From positions 1-26,214 of IMG/VR virus record IMGVR_UViG_3300047301_000010: 26,214 nt of DNA. One strand, given 5' to 3'. Source of the stretch: a virus (Duplodnaviria > Caudoviricetes). The stretch's first letter is position 1. Each line of letters begins with the position of its first letter. Positions 16,899-24,327 of this stretch are shown piece by piece. The notes beneath the pieces are model-generated. The model saw nothing but the letters and a program-made list of their open reading frames with translations, ran no database searches and had not been told where the DNA came from. A program made the position numbers and the translations under genes.

Positions 16899-19800
16899 TG
16901 GCTATCTACAGAGGTACAGGCACAAGTTCAACCGGATTGACAATTCCAGAGTTGGTCGTTCAGGCTGAGACAGCCTCGACGAATGCCAGTGTAAGTGCAA
17001 CATCCGCGGCTGGTAGTGCAGCAAGTGCGTTAGCAATTTTCGCCAACACCACAGCGATGAATGCCGCCGTAGCGACAACAACTACTAACTCAACGAATGC
17101 AGGGAACAGCCAAACTGCGGCGGGGAATAGTGCGACTGCAGCAGCACTCTCAGCGACGAATGCCGCAGGGTCAGCCTTAACCGCCTCGAATGCAGCAGGC
17201 TCGGCGGGGCTATCAGCAACTGCCGCAAGTAATAGTCAAACTGCTGCGGGGAATAGTGCGACTACGGCAGGGAATAGTGCGACTGCAGCGGTAGGGTCAG
17301 CTTTAACGGCATCAAACGCATCCACAGCATCTGGTAATAGTGCAGTAGCCGCCGCACTATCTGAAACGAACGCGGCAGCATCAACAGCCAGCGCGTTAGC
17401 GATTTACGGCAGTATTGGTGCGGTCAATACCGCCGTTACGAGTGCGTCTAATAGCGCAACGGCTGCAAGTACCTCAGCTACCAATTCGGCAAATAGTGCA
17501 ATCGCAGCAACTACTAGCGCAACTACGGCAACTAATCAAGCCGCGTTGGCGTTGACCTATGCTGATTCGGCATTAACCCGATCGAACCTAGCATCGAGCT
17601 ATGCGTCCGCTGCGGCTGGGTCTGTAATTACCGCCGAGTCGGCAGCTACAGCATCTGCAACATCCGCTGCTAACTCTGCGGCACTATATAGTGGGTTGTC
17701 TACCGTGAATGCTGCGGTGTCTACCGCCAATACTTCTGCTAACAGTGCAGCTGCCTCAGCTTCAGCAGCCTCAGCCTCAGCCACAACCGCCACCAACGCT
17801 AGCAACCTAGCGGTGACAGCTTGGAGCGCATCAACTGCACCAAACGAAACCCTAGCCACGGTAAATAAAACATTCTTTACCTCAGCAGCCATTGTTGATT
17901 CAATCATTTATGACACACGAAAAGATAGCGATGGTGGTGCTTGGCGTAAACGCTGCACAGGGACATCTTGGTATAACGAAACGGTGTATGGCAAATGGTT
18001 AGGCGAAGTAGCAAATGAAGCAGCTGCTCGTGCCATCGTGGGTGCAACAACCAACGACTATTTCCACAACACCACTGACGGATTATTTTACGCACTGAAT
18101 GTAACCTCAGGGGTTACACAAGTTTATCGCGGAAACAAACGTGAGTTTCCCGAATGCGTTGGTATTGTCACGGAAGCAACCCGTGAAATATATTTTGATT
18201 TAACCGACGCAACGATGCCAATGTGGAAAGTAGTGCCACGAGTGGGCAAATCTTTAGGCTATGTTGCTGCATCAAATGGTAAAGTTATTGTTGGCTCATC
18301 CTCTGGTGTCTTCGTCGAAGATTTTATTAAATCCTTAGTTGGTCAGGTTGAAAGTTACACAACTACAACTGTGCCAGCAATTATTAATAACGCCGTCAGC
18401 TCCCTCGCAGCCACAGTATTACCAAACGCTCCTATTGACCCTGCAACCGGTATCGCCGTTCCAACTATTGCGGTAGGTACTGCTGGTGGGGTGTCTGAAA
18501 TCCAAAACGATGGAACGGTAACCAATAGTGCCTTAACCACAGCCGCTTACGGCGTGTCTTATGACGCACTAAATCGTATTGTTTGGAACACAACGACTGA
18601 TATTAACTGTTCGCCAGTTGCACCGAGAGCGGCAGCGTTTACTGCATCAACTACGTCAGACATTAAACTAGGCTCTGGTGCGTATAGCACAAGTAATCTG
18701 CCGGTCATGCCTGCAATTACAACAGCAACAGGAAAGACTGTTAAAAATGCCGTGGCGAGCTCATCTGGATTATTACTTACTAAAATTGGACAATCAATTC
18801 AGGCAATGTTCGCCGCAGTCACCAACACCTACAACTCAGGCTGGCAAGTCGGCGATTCACGAGGTGCTTGGTTAGCGGATACGGTGGCGGGTACAGTGTC
18901 TAATCCGGCAACAGAATCGGACCGTTCAGTCAAAGCCAATCCTCTGACCGTATTCGGAACACTCACCAAATCCCCTGTAGCCGCAGGTTCACAACTTGTT
19001 TCTTATTCTGGATTCTCTGCAACTAACTATTTAGAACAACCCTATTCTGCTAATTTGGATTTCGGAACTGGTGATTTCTGTATTATGGGGTGGGTCAAGC
19101 GGGCTGCAACTGGAACCGAGTTGATTTATGATAGGACTCAGGCAAACGGCGTTACGCTTTATATATCTAACACAACTGGGTTCTTCTCGGCGTTAATCAA
19201 CGGGGTAACTTCGGTATCCACCCTAGCACTCCCTGCAAATATTTGGGCGCATTTCGCCATCAAACGTACAGGTACTTCCGTTTATTCTTATGTTAATGGT
19301 GTGGTTGCAGGATTAGCTACTGGTACTGCCATTGGAAATACGGTTAATGGGACATCATGCGTTGCTCAAGTGGGCGGCTCAACGACGTATAGCTTATATT
19401 CAGCGGGCGCTATATCACTACTAAGAGCTTCAGCCACCGCCCCATCAGCCGATCAAATAGCCTACATTTACGAAACAGAGCGTAAGATGTTTGAACCTAA
19501 CGCTCAAGTGACCTTAGCAGGTACAAGCGCAGCGGTTACGGCTCTTGCTTATGACGAAGTTACTGACTTGCTTCACGCCGGTACATCATACGGTCGCTCG
19601 ACGTTTAAAGGGCTGGTTCGTACAGAGAGCGAAGCCACAACTAACGGCGCACCGAAAGCCTATGCAAGTTATGACGGAAATTTAATTCAAGCGGGTGCAA
19701 CAGGCTCTAAAGTGTACATTCCGAGCAAGGCTATTCGAGACGAGTTAAACCGTGCAGCTGAACAGAAAAAAGCATTTGGTCAAGAACTTATCAGCCAAGA

Positions 19801-20008
19801 CTTTACTGCCACTGCCAGTCAAACAGCATTCGTTTTACCTATTGGTTTTGTGCCTAAGTTCACCTATCAGCAAGGGTTACTTAAAAAGCAAACAACTGGT
19901 GCTGGCTACTGGACTTCCTCTTACGACGGGTTTAGATACACAGTTACGCTAGGCACGGGAGCTACCCTAAACGACATTGTTTCCATCCTTTGCACACGGA
20001 GTAACTAA
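16898..20008 (+). CDS. large tail fibre/spike with Ser/Ala/Thr stalk and LamG (ConA-like) domain
   Basis: 1036 aa; about 310 aa SATAA-type repeats; YDTRKDSDGGAWRKRC module; DFGTGDFCIMGWVK...WAHFAIKR...YSYVNG LamG signature. Confidence 0.85.
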   Translation: MAIYRGTGTSSTGLTIPELVVQAETASTNASVSATSAAGSAASALAIFANTTAMNAAVATTTTNSTNAGNSQTAAGNSATAAALSATNAAGSALTASNAAGSAGLSATAASNSQTAAGNSATTAGNSATAAVGSALTASNASTASGNSAVAAALSETNAAASTASALAIYGSIGAVNTAVTSASNSATAASTSATNSANSAIAATTSATTATNQAALALTYADSALTRSNLASSYASAAAGSVITAESAATASATSAANSAALYSGLSTVNAAVSTANTSANSAAASASAASASATTATNASNLAVTAWSASTAPNETLATVNKTFFTSAAIVDSIIYDTRKDSDGGAWRKRCTGTSWYNETVYGKWLGEVANEAAARAIVGATTNDYFHNTTDGLFYALNVTSGVTQVYRGNKREFPECVGIVTEATREIYFDLTDATMPMWKVVPRVGKSLGYVAASNGKVIVGSSSGVFVEDFIKSLVGQVESYTTTTVPAIINNAVSSLAATVLPNAPIDPATGIAVPTIAVGTAGGVSEIQNDGTVTNSALTTAAYGVSYDALNRIVWNTTTDINCSPVAPRAAAFTASTTSDIKLGSGAYSTSNLPVMPAITTATGKTVKNAVASSSGLLLTKIGQSIQAMFAAVTNTYNSGWQVGDSRGAWLADTVAGTVSNPATESDRSVKANPLTVFGTLTKSPVAAGSQLVSYSGFSATNYLEQPYSANLDFGTGDFCIMGWVKRAATGTELIYDRTQANGVTLYISNTTGFFSALINGVTSVSTLALPANIWAHFAIKRTGTSVYSYVNGVVAGLATGTAIGNTVNGTSCVAQVGGSTTYSLYSAGAISLLRASATAPSADQIAYIYETERKMFEPNAQVTLAGTSAAVTALAYDEVTDLLHAGTSYGRSTFKGLVRTESEATTNGAPKAYASYDGNLIQAGATGSKVYIPSKAIRDELNRAAEQKKAFGQELISQDFTATASQTAFVLPIGFVPKFTYQQGLLKKQTTGAGYWTSSYDGFRYTVTLGTGATLNDIVSILCTRSN
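16960..17830 (+). repeat. low-complexity Ser/Ala/Thr/Asn coding repeats
   Basis: Recurring GGGAATAGTGCGACT (AGNSAT) units and GSALTASNA repeats within the fibre stalk. Confidence 0.75.
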
Positions 20009-20009
20009 G

Positions 20010-20453
20010 ATGAGCAGAATTTATATTGATTTAAAGGGAAGTTATGTTCCTACCTCGAAAGAGGTAGATTACATGGTAACTGAAGAAATTAGAAGCCAAT
20101 ACAATGCGTCACAAGAGACTAAAATCTTACGGCTGTACTTAGCTGACCCTGTGACAAATAAAGTATCCTTTGACACGTATAATTCCTTTGTAGAAGCTTG
20201 CCGTGCAGAAGCCACTCAAGTTCGCTCGGGTGCAACCCTGCTTCAAGCGGCTCTCGACTATGAAAGTGCTGAAGCACGACTAGCACAACCTGTAGTTGAG
20301 CCAACCCTAGATGACGCAGGTGTAGTTATCAACCAAGAGGCGATTGACGCAGACTTGCTACAACGTGAGGGTGCTCAAAACACCATTGATTCTGCTACGC
20401 AAGAGGTTTTAGATTTAGTACAATTACGCAACCCTACACCTGAAAGTATTTAA
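20010..20453 (+). CDS. tail-fibre-associated protein (possible assembly chaperone)
   Basis: SD GGAG favours ATG 20010 (147 aa); directly follows the fibre gene. Confidence 0.6.
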   Translation: MSRIYIDLKGSYVPTSKEVDYMVTEEIRSQYNASQETKILRLYLADPVTNKVSFDTYNSFVEACRAEATQVRSGATLLQAALDYESAEARLAQPVVEPTLDDAGVVINQEAIDADLLQREGAQNTIDSATQEVLDLVQLRNPTPESI

Positions 20454-20454
20454 C

Positions 20455-20802
20455 ATGACAGACTTACATGATGTTCTCTCACTCGCCGTTACTGGTGCAG
20501 TCGGCCTCCTCTGGTATCTCATCAAGCAGAAAGATGATAAAACTACAAAAGCACTTGAATTGTTGTGGTCAAAACACGAAGAAGATGCGATGGCATTAAC
20601 TGAATTACGCATGTCGATTGTTGCAGAACATTACAAAAAAGTCGAGTTGGATTTAAAATTCGGGAAGGTTGAATCGGCAATTATTAACGCTGCTGAACGT
20701 GCCGAAAAGTCTTCTGATGCGCTGGCTGGCAAGTTCGACAAACTGGCTGAGACGCTGATTCGCCACATCGCAATTGAAGAAAAGCTGATGGAAAAGAAAT
20801 GA
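20455..20802 (+). CDS. single-TMD membrane protein (holin/antiholin-like)
   Basis: N-terminal hydrophobic segment VLSLAVTGAVGLLWYLI then coiled coil; head of the lysis cassette. Confidence 0.6.
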   Translation: MTDLHDVLSLAVTGAVGLLWYLIKQKDDKTTKALELLWSKHEEDAMALTELRMSIVAEHYKKVELDLKFGKVESAIINAAERAEKSSDALAGKFDKLAETLIRHIAIEEKLMEKK

Positions 20803-20870
20803 GATTGCTAGCTTTATTCTCTTTGGCTTTGACTGCTAAAACCATTTTAATTTTCTTGGTGACGCTATGA
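20799..20870 (+). CDS. 23-aa hydrophobic peptide, not in ORF track
   Basis: MRLLALFSLALTAKTILIFLVTL; ATGA overlaps with both flanking genes. Confidence 0.5.
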   Translation: MRLLALFSLALTAKTILIFLVTL

Positions 20871-21313
20871 AATCAAGCGCGGGTTGTATCGCTCTAATCA
20901 AAGCATTTGAGGGTTTCGTGCCGCATCCATACCAATGCCCTGCTGGTGTCTGGACAATCGGCTACGGCTCAACTCGCTACGTTGACGGCAAAACAGTCGG
21001 CTGTAACGACAAGCCAATCACCGAAACGCAAGCCGCTGAGATCGTTAAACAGACGCTCGTGCAGTATGAGGATTGCGTCAACCGTTATGTCACCGTGCCA
21101 CTGAACCAGCAACAGTTCGATGCGCTAGTTGATTTTGCATACAATGCTGGCGCACAGAATCTCAGAACCTCGACATTGCTTAAGCACCTAAACAAAGGCA
21201 ACTACAGCGCAGCAAGCCAAGAGTTTGGTAAGTGGGTGAACGGTGGCGGTGTGCGTTTGAGCGGATTGGTCAAACGGCGTGAGGCTGAACGGAAACTGTT
21301 TTTAACGGCTTAA
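20867..21313 (+). CDS. endolysin, GH24 phage lysozyme
   Basis: E15-x8-C24-x5-T30 (FEG...CPAGVWTIGYG), QFDALVDFAYNAG, GLVKRREAE. Confidence 0.95.
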   Translation: MKSSAGCIALIKAFEGFVPHPYQCPAGVWTIGYGSTRYVDGKTVGCNDKPITETQAAEIVKQTLVQYEDCVNRYVTVPLNQQQFDALVDFAYNAGAQNLRTSTLLKHLNKGNYSAASQEFGKWVNGGGVRLSGLVKRREAERKLFLTA

Positions 21314-21316
21314 TCG

Positions 21317-21394
21317 GTGGCAAGTGAGGGGATCGTAGCCTTGACACTAAGGCGCGAAAGCGCGGCAGCCACAAGTTCGGAGTATCGTAACCGA
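21317..21394 (+). ncRNA. candidate structured RNA between endolysin and holin
   Basis: GTGGC/GCCAC closing stem, AGTGAGGG/CCTT-GA-CACT, GCGC-GAAA-GCGC, then TCGG/CCGA; ATCGTA in two loops. Confidence 0.45.
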
Positions 21395-21414
21395 CACGAA
21401 TTGAAAGGAATATA

Positions 21415-21615
21415 ATGAAAGACTTTCTTATTAATGTTTTCACGAGTGCAGATAATTCCACTTTCTCAATGTCAAAATTGATAGGATTTACAGGTGCTTG
21501 CGCGATGATTTTCGAGTTCTTGAAAGTCGCATCTGTAGATTTTCAAGGCTTCGGCATTGCGTTGGCAAGCCTGATCGGCGCGTTTGCAGTTAAGAGTTAC
21601 ACCGATACAAAATGA
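21415..21615 (+). CDS. holin (two TMDs, putative)
   Basis: 66 aa with two hydrophobic segments; between endolysin and spanins; SD AAAGGA. Confidence 0.7.
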   Translation: MKDFLINVFTSADNSTFSMSKLIGFTGACAMIFEFLKVASVDFQGFGIALASLIGAFAVKSYTDTK

Positions 21616-22091
21616 TCGATCTACAAACCAAGGCAATCGCCGCTCTCGTAGCCCTGACCATGTTGTCCGGCCTTGCTTACATCGTGCGGCATAATGGCGT
21701 TGTAGCTGGTCGTGCTGAAGTGCAAGCGGCTTGGGATACTGATAAAGCTGAACGTAAAGTGATTGCAGACAACCAAGCGGCAAGTGCTAGAGAAACTGAG
21801 AGGAAGCAAAATGAAATATCCAAAAAGCTGGCTGAGAATTACAAATTTGACGTTAGTCTGCTTGCTAACCGCCTTCGGGACTACGGCTTGCAAGACGCTC
21901 AAATTATGTCAGGGTCAGAATGTGTGCGAGTGGCAGACGGTGGACGTAGTGCAATGCCCAGCCAAACCGACTCCGCCGCCGGAATTACTGCAACCTCTAC
22001 GGCTGGAACCCTTATTAAATACTCTGATGCGTTAAGCGATACACTTCAGTGCAGCAAGCTGATTGAGTGGGTGAAGGCTGAATCACTTTAA
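21612..22091 (+). CDS. inner-membrane spanin (Rz-like)
   Basis: N-terminal TMD, GRAEVQAAWD, coiled coil, periplasmic Cys; contains an embedded lipoprotein gene. Confidence 0.8.
   Translation: MIDLQTKAIAALVALTMLSGLAYIVRHNGVVAGRAEVQAAWDTDKAERKVIADNQAASARETERKQNEISKKLAENYKFDVSLLANRLRDYGLQDAQIMSGSECVRVADGGRSAMPSQTDSAAGITATSTAGTLIKYSDALSDTLQCSKLIEWVKAESL
21811..22035 (+). CDS. outer-membrane spanin (Rz1-like lipoprotein), embedded in Rz
   Basis: SD GAGGA; MKYPKSWLRITNLTLVCLLTAFGTTA-C signal/lipobox; Pro-rich CPAKPTPPPELLQP; +1 frame. Confidence 0.75.
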   Translation: MKYPKSWLRITNLTLVCLLTAFGTTACKTLKLCQGQNVCEWQTVDVVQCPAKPTPPPELLQPLRLEPLLNTLMR

Positions 22092-22232
22092 CAATTCCGC
22101 CGTTAATTCATCGAGTATTTTATCAAACGCTTCGTACAGATACTCAGGGAGTGCTGGATTGCCCATTAATCCAGCAGCTTCGAGCGCCGACAATAATTTT
22201 ATAATTTGGATCGCTAACGATTTATCAATCAT
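22083..22232 (-). CDS. small hypothetical protein (49 aa)
   Basis: MIDKSLAIQIIKLLSALE...; ATGA-coupled to upstream gene; overlaps the Rz stop convergently by 9 nt. Confidence 0.65.
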   Translation of the reverse strand: MIDKSLAIQIIKLLSALEAAGLMGNPALPEYLYEAFDKILDELTAELLK

Positions 22233-22453
22233 CCCTGCTCTCCTATATATTCTTTTGCCAGCTCCAGCCAAACATCAAACTCCTGCGTCCCTTTACCTGC
22301 ACGGCACAAGCCTTTCAAAATCATAGTCAGTCGATACTGATTATCAAGCCGCGCTTCATACCATCGCAGACAATCTTCAGCAGCTTTCAGATTCTCGCGT
22401 AGGGTGTTGTATTCCTGCTCGGTGTATGTTTTTATGTCGTCTCGGTTAATCAT
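22229..22453 (-). CDS. hypothetical protein (74 aa)
   Basis: MINRDDIKTY...; ATGA overlaps at both ends. Confidence 0.65.
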   Translation of the reverse strand: MINRDDIKTYTEQEYNTLRENLKAAEDCLRWYEARLDNQYRLTMILKGLCRAGKGTQEFDVWLELAKEYIGEQG

Positions 22454-22542
22454 TTCATCCACCCAAAAAAATCAATCCATATCAAAACATTGATTATCGT
22501 AACCACGGCCATCGTAAAAAAATAAACTTTCGGTATGCTCAT
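22450..22542 (-). CDS. 30-aa membrane peptide, not in ORF track
   Basis: MSIPKVYFFTMAVVTIINVLIWIDFFGWMK; SD AAAGGAG; stop overlaps next ATG. Confidence 0.55.
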   Translation of the reverse strand: MSIPKVYFFTMAVVTIINVLIWIDFFGWMK

Positions 22543-22545
22543 GCT

Positions 22546-23190
22546 TTACTCCTTTGGTCTGGTGAATAGGGGTTGGCATGGTTGTGGCATCCAATCCGCA
22601 GGCGGGCAATACCTAAATATATCGTTCTCTTCATCAAGCCATGCCACAGGCTCTTGATTTTCCCATGCGTCTAGACGGGCTTGTATCTTGTCGTAATCAG
22701 CTAGCTGTAGTTTCATCACTTGCCAGTCGGTGCTGATTTCGTGAATGCGAGCTTTCAGTTCTGCGTTCTCTTTTTCACCACTTAAATCGACATTTCTTAA
22801 ATCAACATCGCTTAAATTAGCACCGCTTAAATCAGCATAGCGTAAATTAGCACCGCTTAAATCAGCATAGCGTAAATTAGCACTTCTTAAATCAGCATAG
22901 CTTAAATCAGCACCTATTAAATCAACATTGCTTAAATCAGCATTGCTTAAATTGGCACCTCTCAAATTGGCATCACGTAAATCGACATTTCTTAAATTTG
23001 CACCGCTTAAATTAGCACCGCTTAGATCTGCATTTCTTAAATCGGCATAGATTAAATCGGCATTGCTTAAATCAACACATCTTAAATCAGCATAGCGTAA
23101 ATTAGCACTTCTTAAATCAGCACCTCTTAAACTCTCAGCATCTACCACAAAAATGACATCTCCCGATACTTTATGTTTAATCTCAATCAT
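22546..23190 (-). CDS. pentapeptide-repeat protein fused to a QEPVAW-type C-terminal segment
   Basis: More than 20 A(D/N)Lxx repeats after MIEIKHKVSG; abrupt switch to EKENAELKAR...ENQEPVAW. Confidence 0.9.
   Translation of the reverse strand: MIEIKHKVSGDVIFVVDAESLRGADLRSANLRYADLRCVDLSNADLIYADLRNADLSGANLSGANLRNVDLRDANLRGANLSNADLSNVDLIGADLSYADLRSANLRYADLSGANLRYADLSGANLSDVDLRNVDLSGEKENAELKARIHEISTDWQVMKLQLADYDKIQARLDAWENQEPVAWLDEENDIFRYCPPADWMPQPCQPLFTRPKE
22780..23130. repeat. 15-bp-period coding tandem repeats
   Basis: Pentapeptide DNA repeats, including an exact 30-bp tandem duplication at 22813-22872. Confidence 0.85.
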
Positions 23191-23315
23191 CTCATCCCCT
23201 CTGTTGGTCTGGTGAATAGTGGTGTCACTGTTTCGCCGTAGTTAGCATTAAAGTCTTGATGGTCACGAGCTTTCAGTTCTGCGATCTCTTTTTCGATCGC
23301 CTCATACTTTTTCAT
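23187..23315 (-). CDS. 42-aa protein paralogous to the pentapeptide protein C-terminus
   Basis: MKKYEAIEKEIAELKARDHQ...TPLFTRPTEGMR; SD GGGAG. Confidence 0.6.
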   Translation of the reverse strand: MKKYEAIEKEIAELKARDHQDFNANYGETVTPLFTRPTEGMR

Positions 23316-23340
23316 CGTAGCTCCCAAATCAATACCTGTC

Positions 23341-23553
23341 TTAAGTCCATGTTGCGCCGACACTAAATGCCTCATCTAACGTGTCATAAAGCTCACCTTC
23401 CTGCCTCTTTTCCCCGTACTCTCCAAGATCAATTAACAGAAATTTCCCACTTTTTTCTTCGATTGAAAACCCACCGTCCCTCTTCGAAAAATGGGTTACT
23501 ATTCCGTCGACTACGGAAACATATAATCCACACTCATCTAGTATTGTTTTCAT
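23341..23553 (-). CDS. hypothetical protein (70 aa)
   Basis: ATGA-coupled ORF in the micro-ORF chain. Confidence 0.65.
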   Translation of the reverse strand: MKTILDECGLYVSVVDGIVTHFSKRDGGFSIEEKSGKFLLIDLGEYGEKRQEGELYDTLDEAFSVGATWT

Positions 23554-23726
23554 CTCACTTCCTCATACGGATTACCCTGTGCATCAAACCCGCCGGATAA
23601 TTTAGCAATGGATTGTGGCTCTTGCGCTTTCTGCCACACACAGGCGGCTTGCCATACATCATATAGACTGCCGTAGCTGGATTCTGGTAGCAGTAGCCAC
23701 TTCTCAAATGCTTCTCGTTCGTTCAT
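23550..23726 (-). CDS. hypothetical protein (58 aa), not in ORF track
   Basis: MNEREAFEKWLLL...VWQAACVWQ; common REAFEKW..WQA phage small-protein pattern; SD GAGGTGG. Confidence 0.65.
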   Translation of the reverse strand: MNEREAFEKWLLLPESSYGSLYDVWQAACVWQKAQEPQSIAKLSGGFDAQGNPYEEVR

Positions 23727-23747
23727 ACCTGTCCACCTCTTTTTTCA

Positions 23748-23840
23748 TTAAAAACCACCATAAACAATCATTGCGGCAAATGCAAAACTGAAGGCCACGG
23801 TTAAAACGCATTCAAAAAAACTCAGGTCATCTTTTTTCAT
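23748..23840 (-). CDS. 30-aa membrane peptide, not in ORF track
   Basis: MKKDDLSFFECVLTVAFSFAFAAMIVYGGF; SD GAGG; ATGA-coupled. Confidence 0.55.
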   Translation of the reverse strand: MKKDDLSFFECVLTVAFSFAFAAMIVYGGF

Positions 23841-23995
23841 TTTATTTTCCTCACGTTGTCTTTACATTCTTTACACTTCCAGAACGGCTTGCCTGTCGAT
23901 GTGCCGCCTTTCGTTGCTTTAATCTGGCGGCACTTGGTGCAGATTCTCGTTGTAAAATGGATATATAATCCCTGATTGATTAGGTTGTTATTCAT
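23837..23995 (-). CDS. 52-aa zinc-ribbon protein, not in ORF track
   Basis: CTKC...CKEC in a basic context (MNNNLINQG...RICTKCRQIK...WKCKECKD). Confidence 0.65.
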   Translation of the reverse strand: MNNNLINQGLYIHFTTRICTKCRQIKATKGGTSTGKPFWKCKECKDNVRKIK

Positions 23996-24071
23996 CGCAT
24001 TCGCTCATCGCATCCGACAACAACTCTCCAAAGCTGGCCGCCACTTGCTTGATAATGTCTATTCTAGCCAT
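23988..24071 (-). CDS. 27-aa peptide, not in ORF track
   Basis: MARIDIIKQVAASFGELLSDAMSECDE; strong SD AAGGAG. Confidence 0.45.
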   Translation of the reverse strand: MARIDIIKQVAASFGELLSDAMSECDE

Positions 24072-24099
24072 TTAAGTCTCCTTTTCGTTGAACAGGATT

Positions 24100-24327
24100 C
24101 TATTCTCTACTAGGTGGTATAGTCTTGTCAAGCGTTTCTATTAACTTTTCTATATATTGTTTTGCTTTCAAGACATCTTCTAGTCCGTTTTTATCCTTAT
24201 ACCGCGATATGTACTTGATTATGTTACCTTCTAGGTATCCAAGATTGTTAGCAATAATGTAGTCCCACGGTTGTATCTTTTTCCCAACATAGTGCGAACC
24301 ACCTATTTGAATATCATTTGCGCTCAT
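24100..24327 (-). CDS. DUF3310 / T7 gp1.7-like protein (putative nucleotide kinase)
   Basis: QIGGSHY...IQPWDYI...YLEGNIIKYISRYKDKNGLEDVLKA. Confidence 0.85.
   Translation of the reverse strand: MSANDIQIGGSHYVGKKIQPWDYIIANNLGYLEGNIIKYISRYKDKNGLEDVLKAKQYIEKLIETLDKTIPPSRE

Noticed and set aside
20837-20870. Programmed -1 frameshift fusing the 23-aa peptide to the lysozyme
   Set aside because: The -1 frame is open from 20840 but there is no canonical X XXY YYZ slippery heptamer or clear stimulator
21317-21394. Hammerhead or twister ribozyme, or tRNA
   Set aside because: No CUGAUGA core, no twister consensus recognised and no cloverleaf with T-loop; kept only as an unclassified RNA candidate
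701-21783. Numerous antisense or nested ORFs in the track (e.g. 3408-3833, 4325-4675, 7204-7551, 16283-16630, 17599-17907)
   Set aside because: Shadows of well-supported plus-strand genes with no independent motifs; only the Rz1-like nested ORF is supported
22780-23130. CRISPR-like array
   Set aside because: Degenerate 15-bp coding period with no unique spacers; explained by pentapeptide repeats
22554-23294. Diversity-generating retroelement TR/VR pair
   Set aside because: Repeats are only 16 and 29 bp with a single mismatch, and no reverse transcriptase is present in the window
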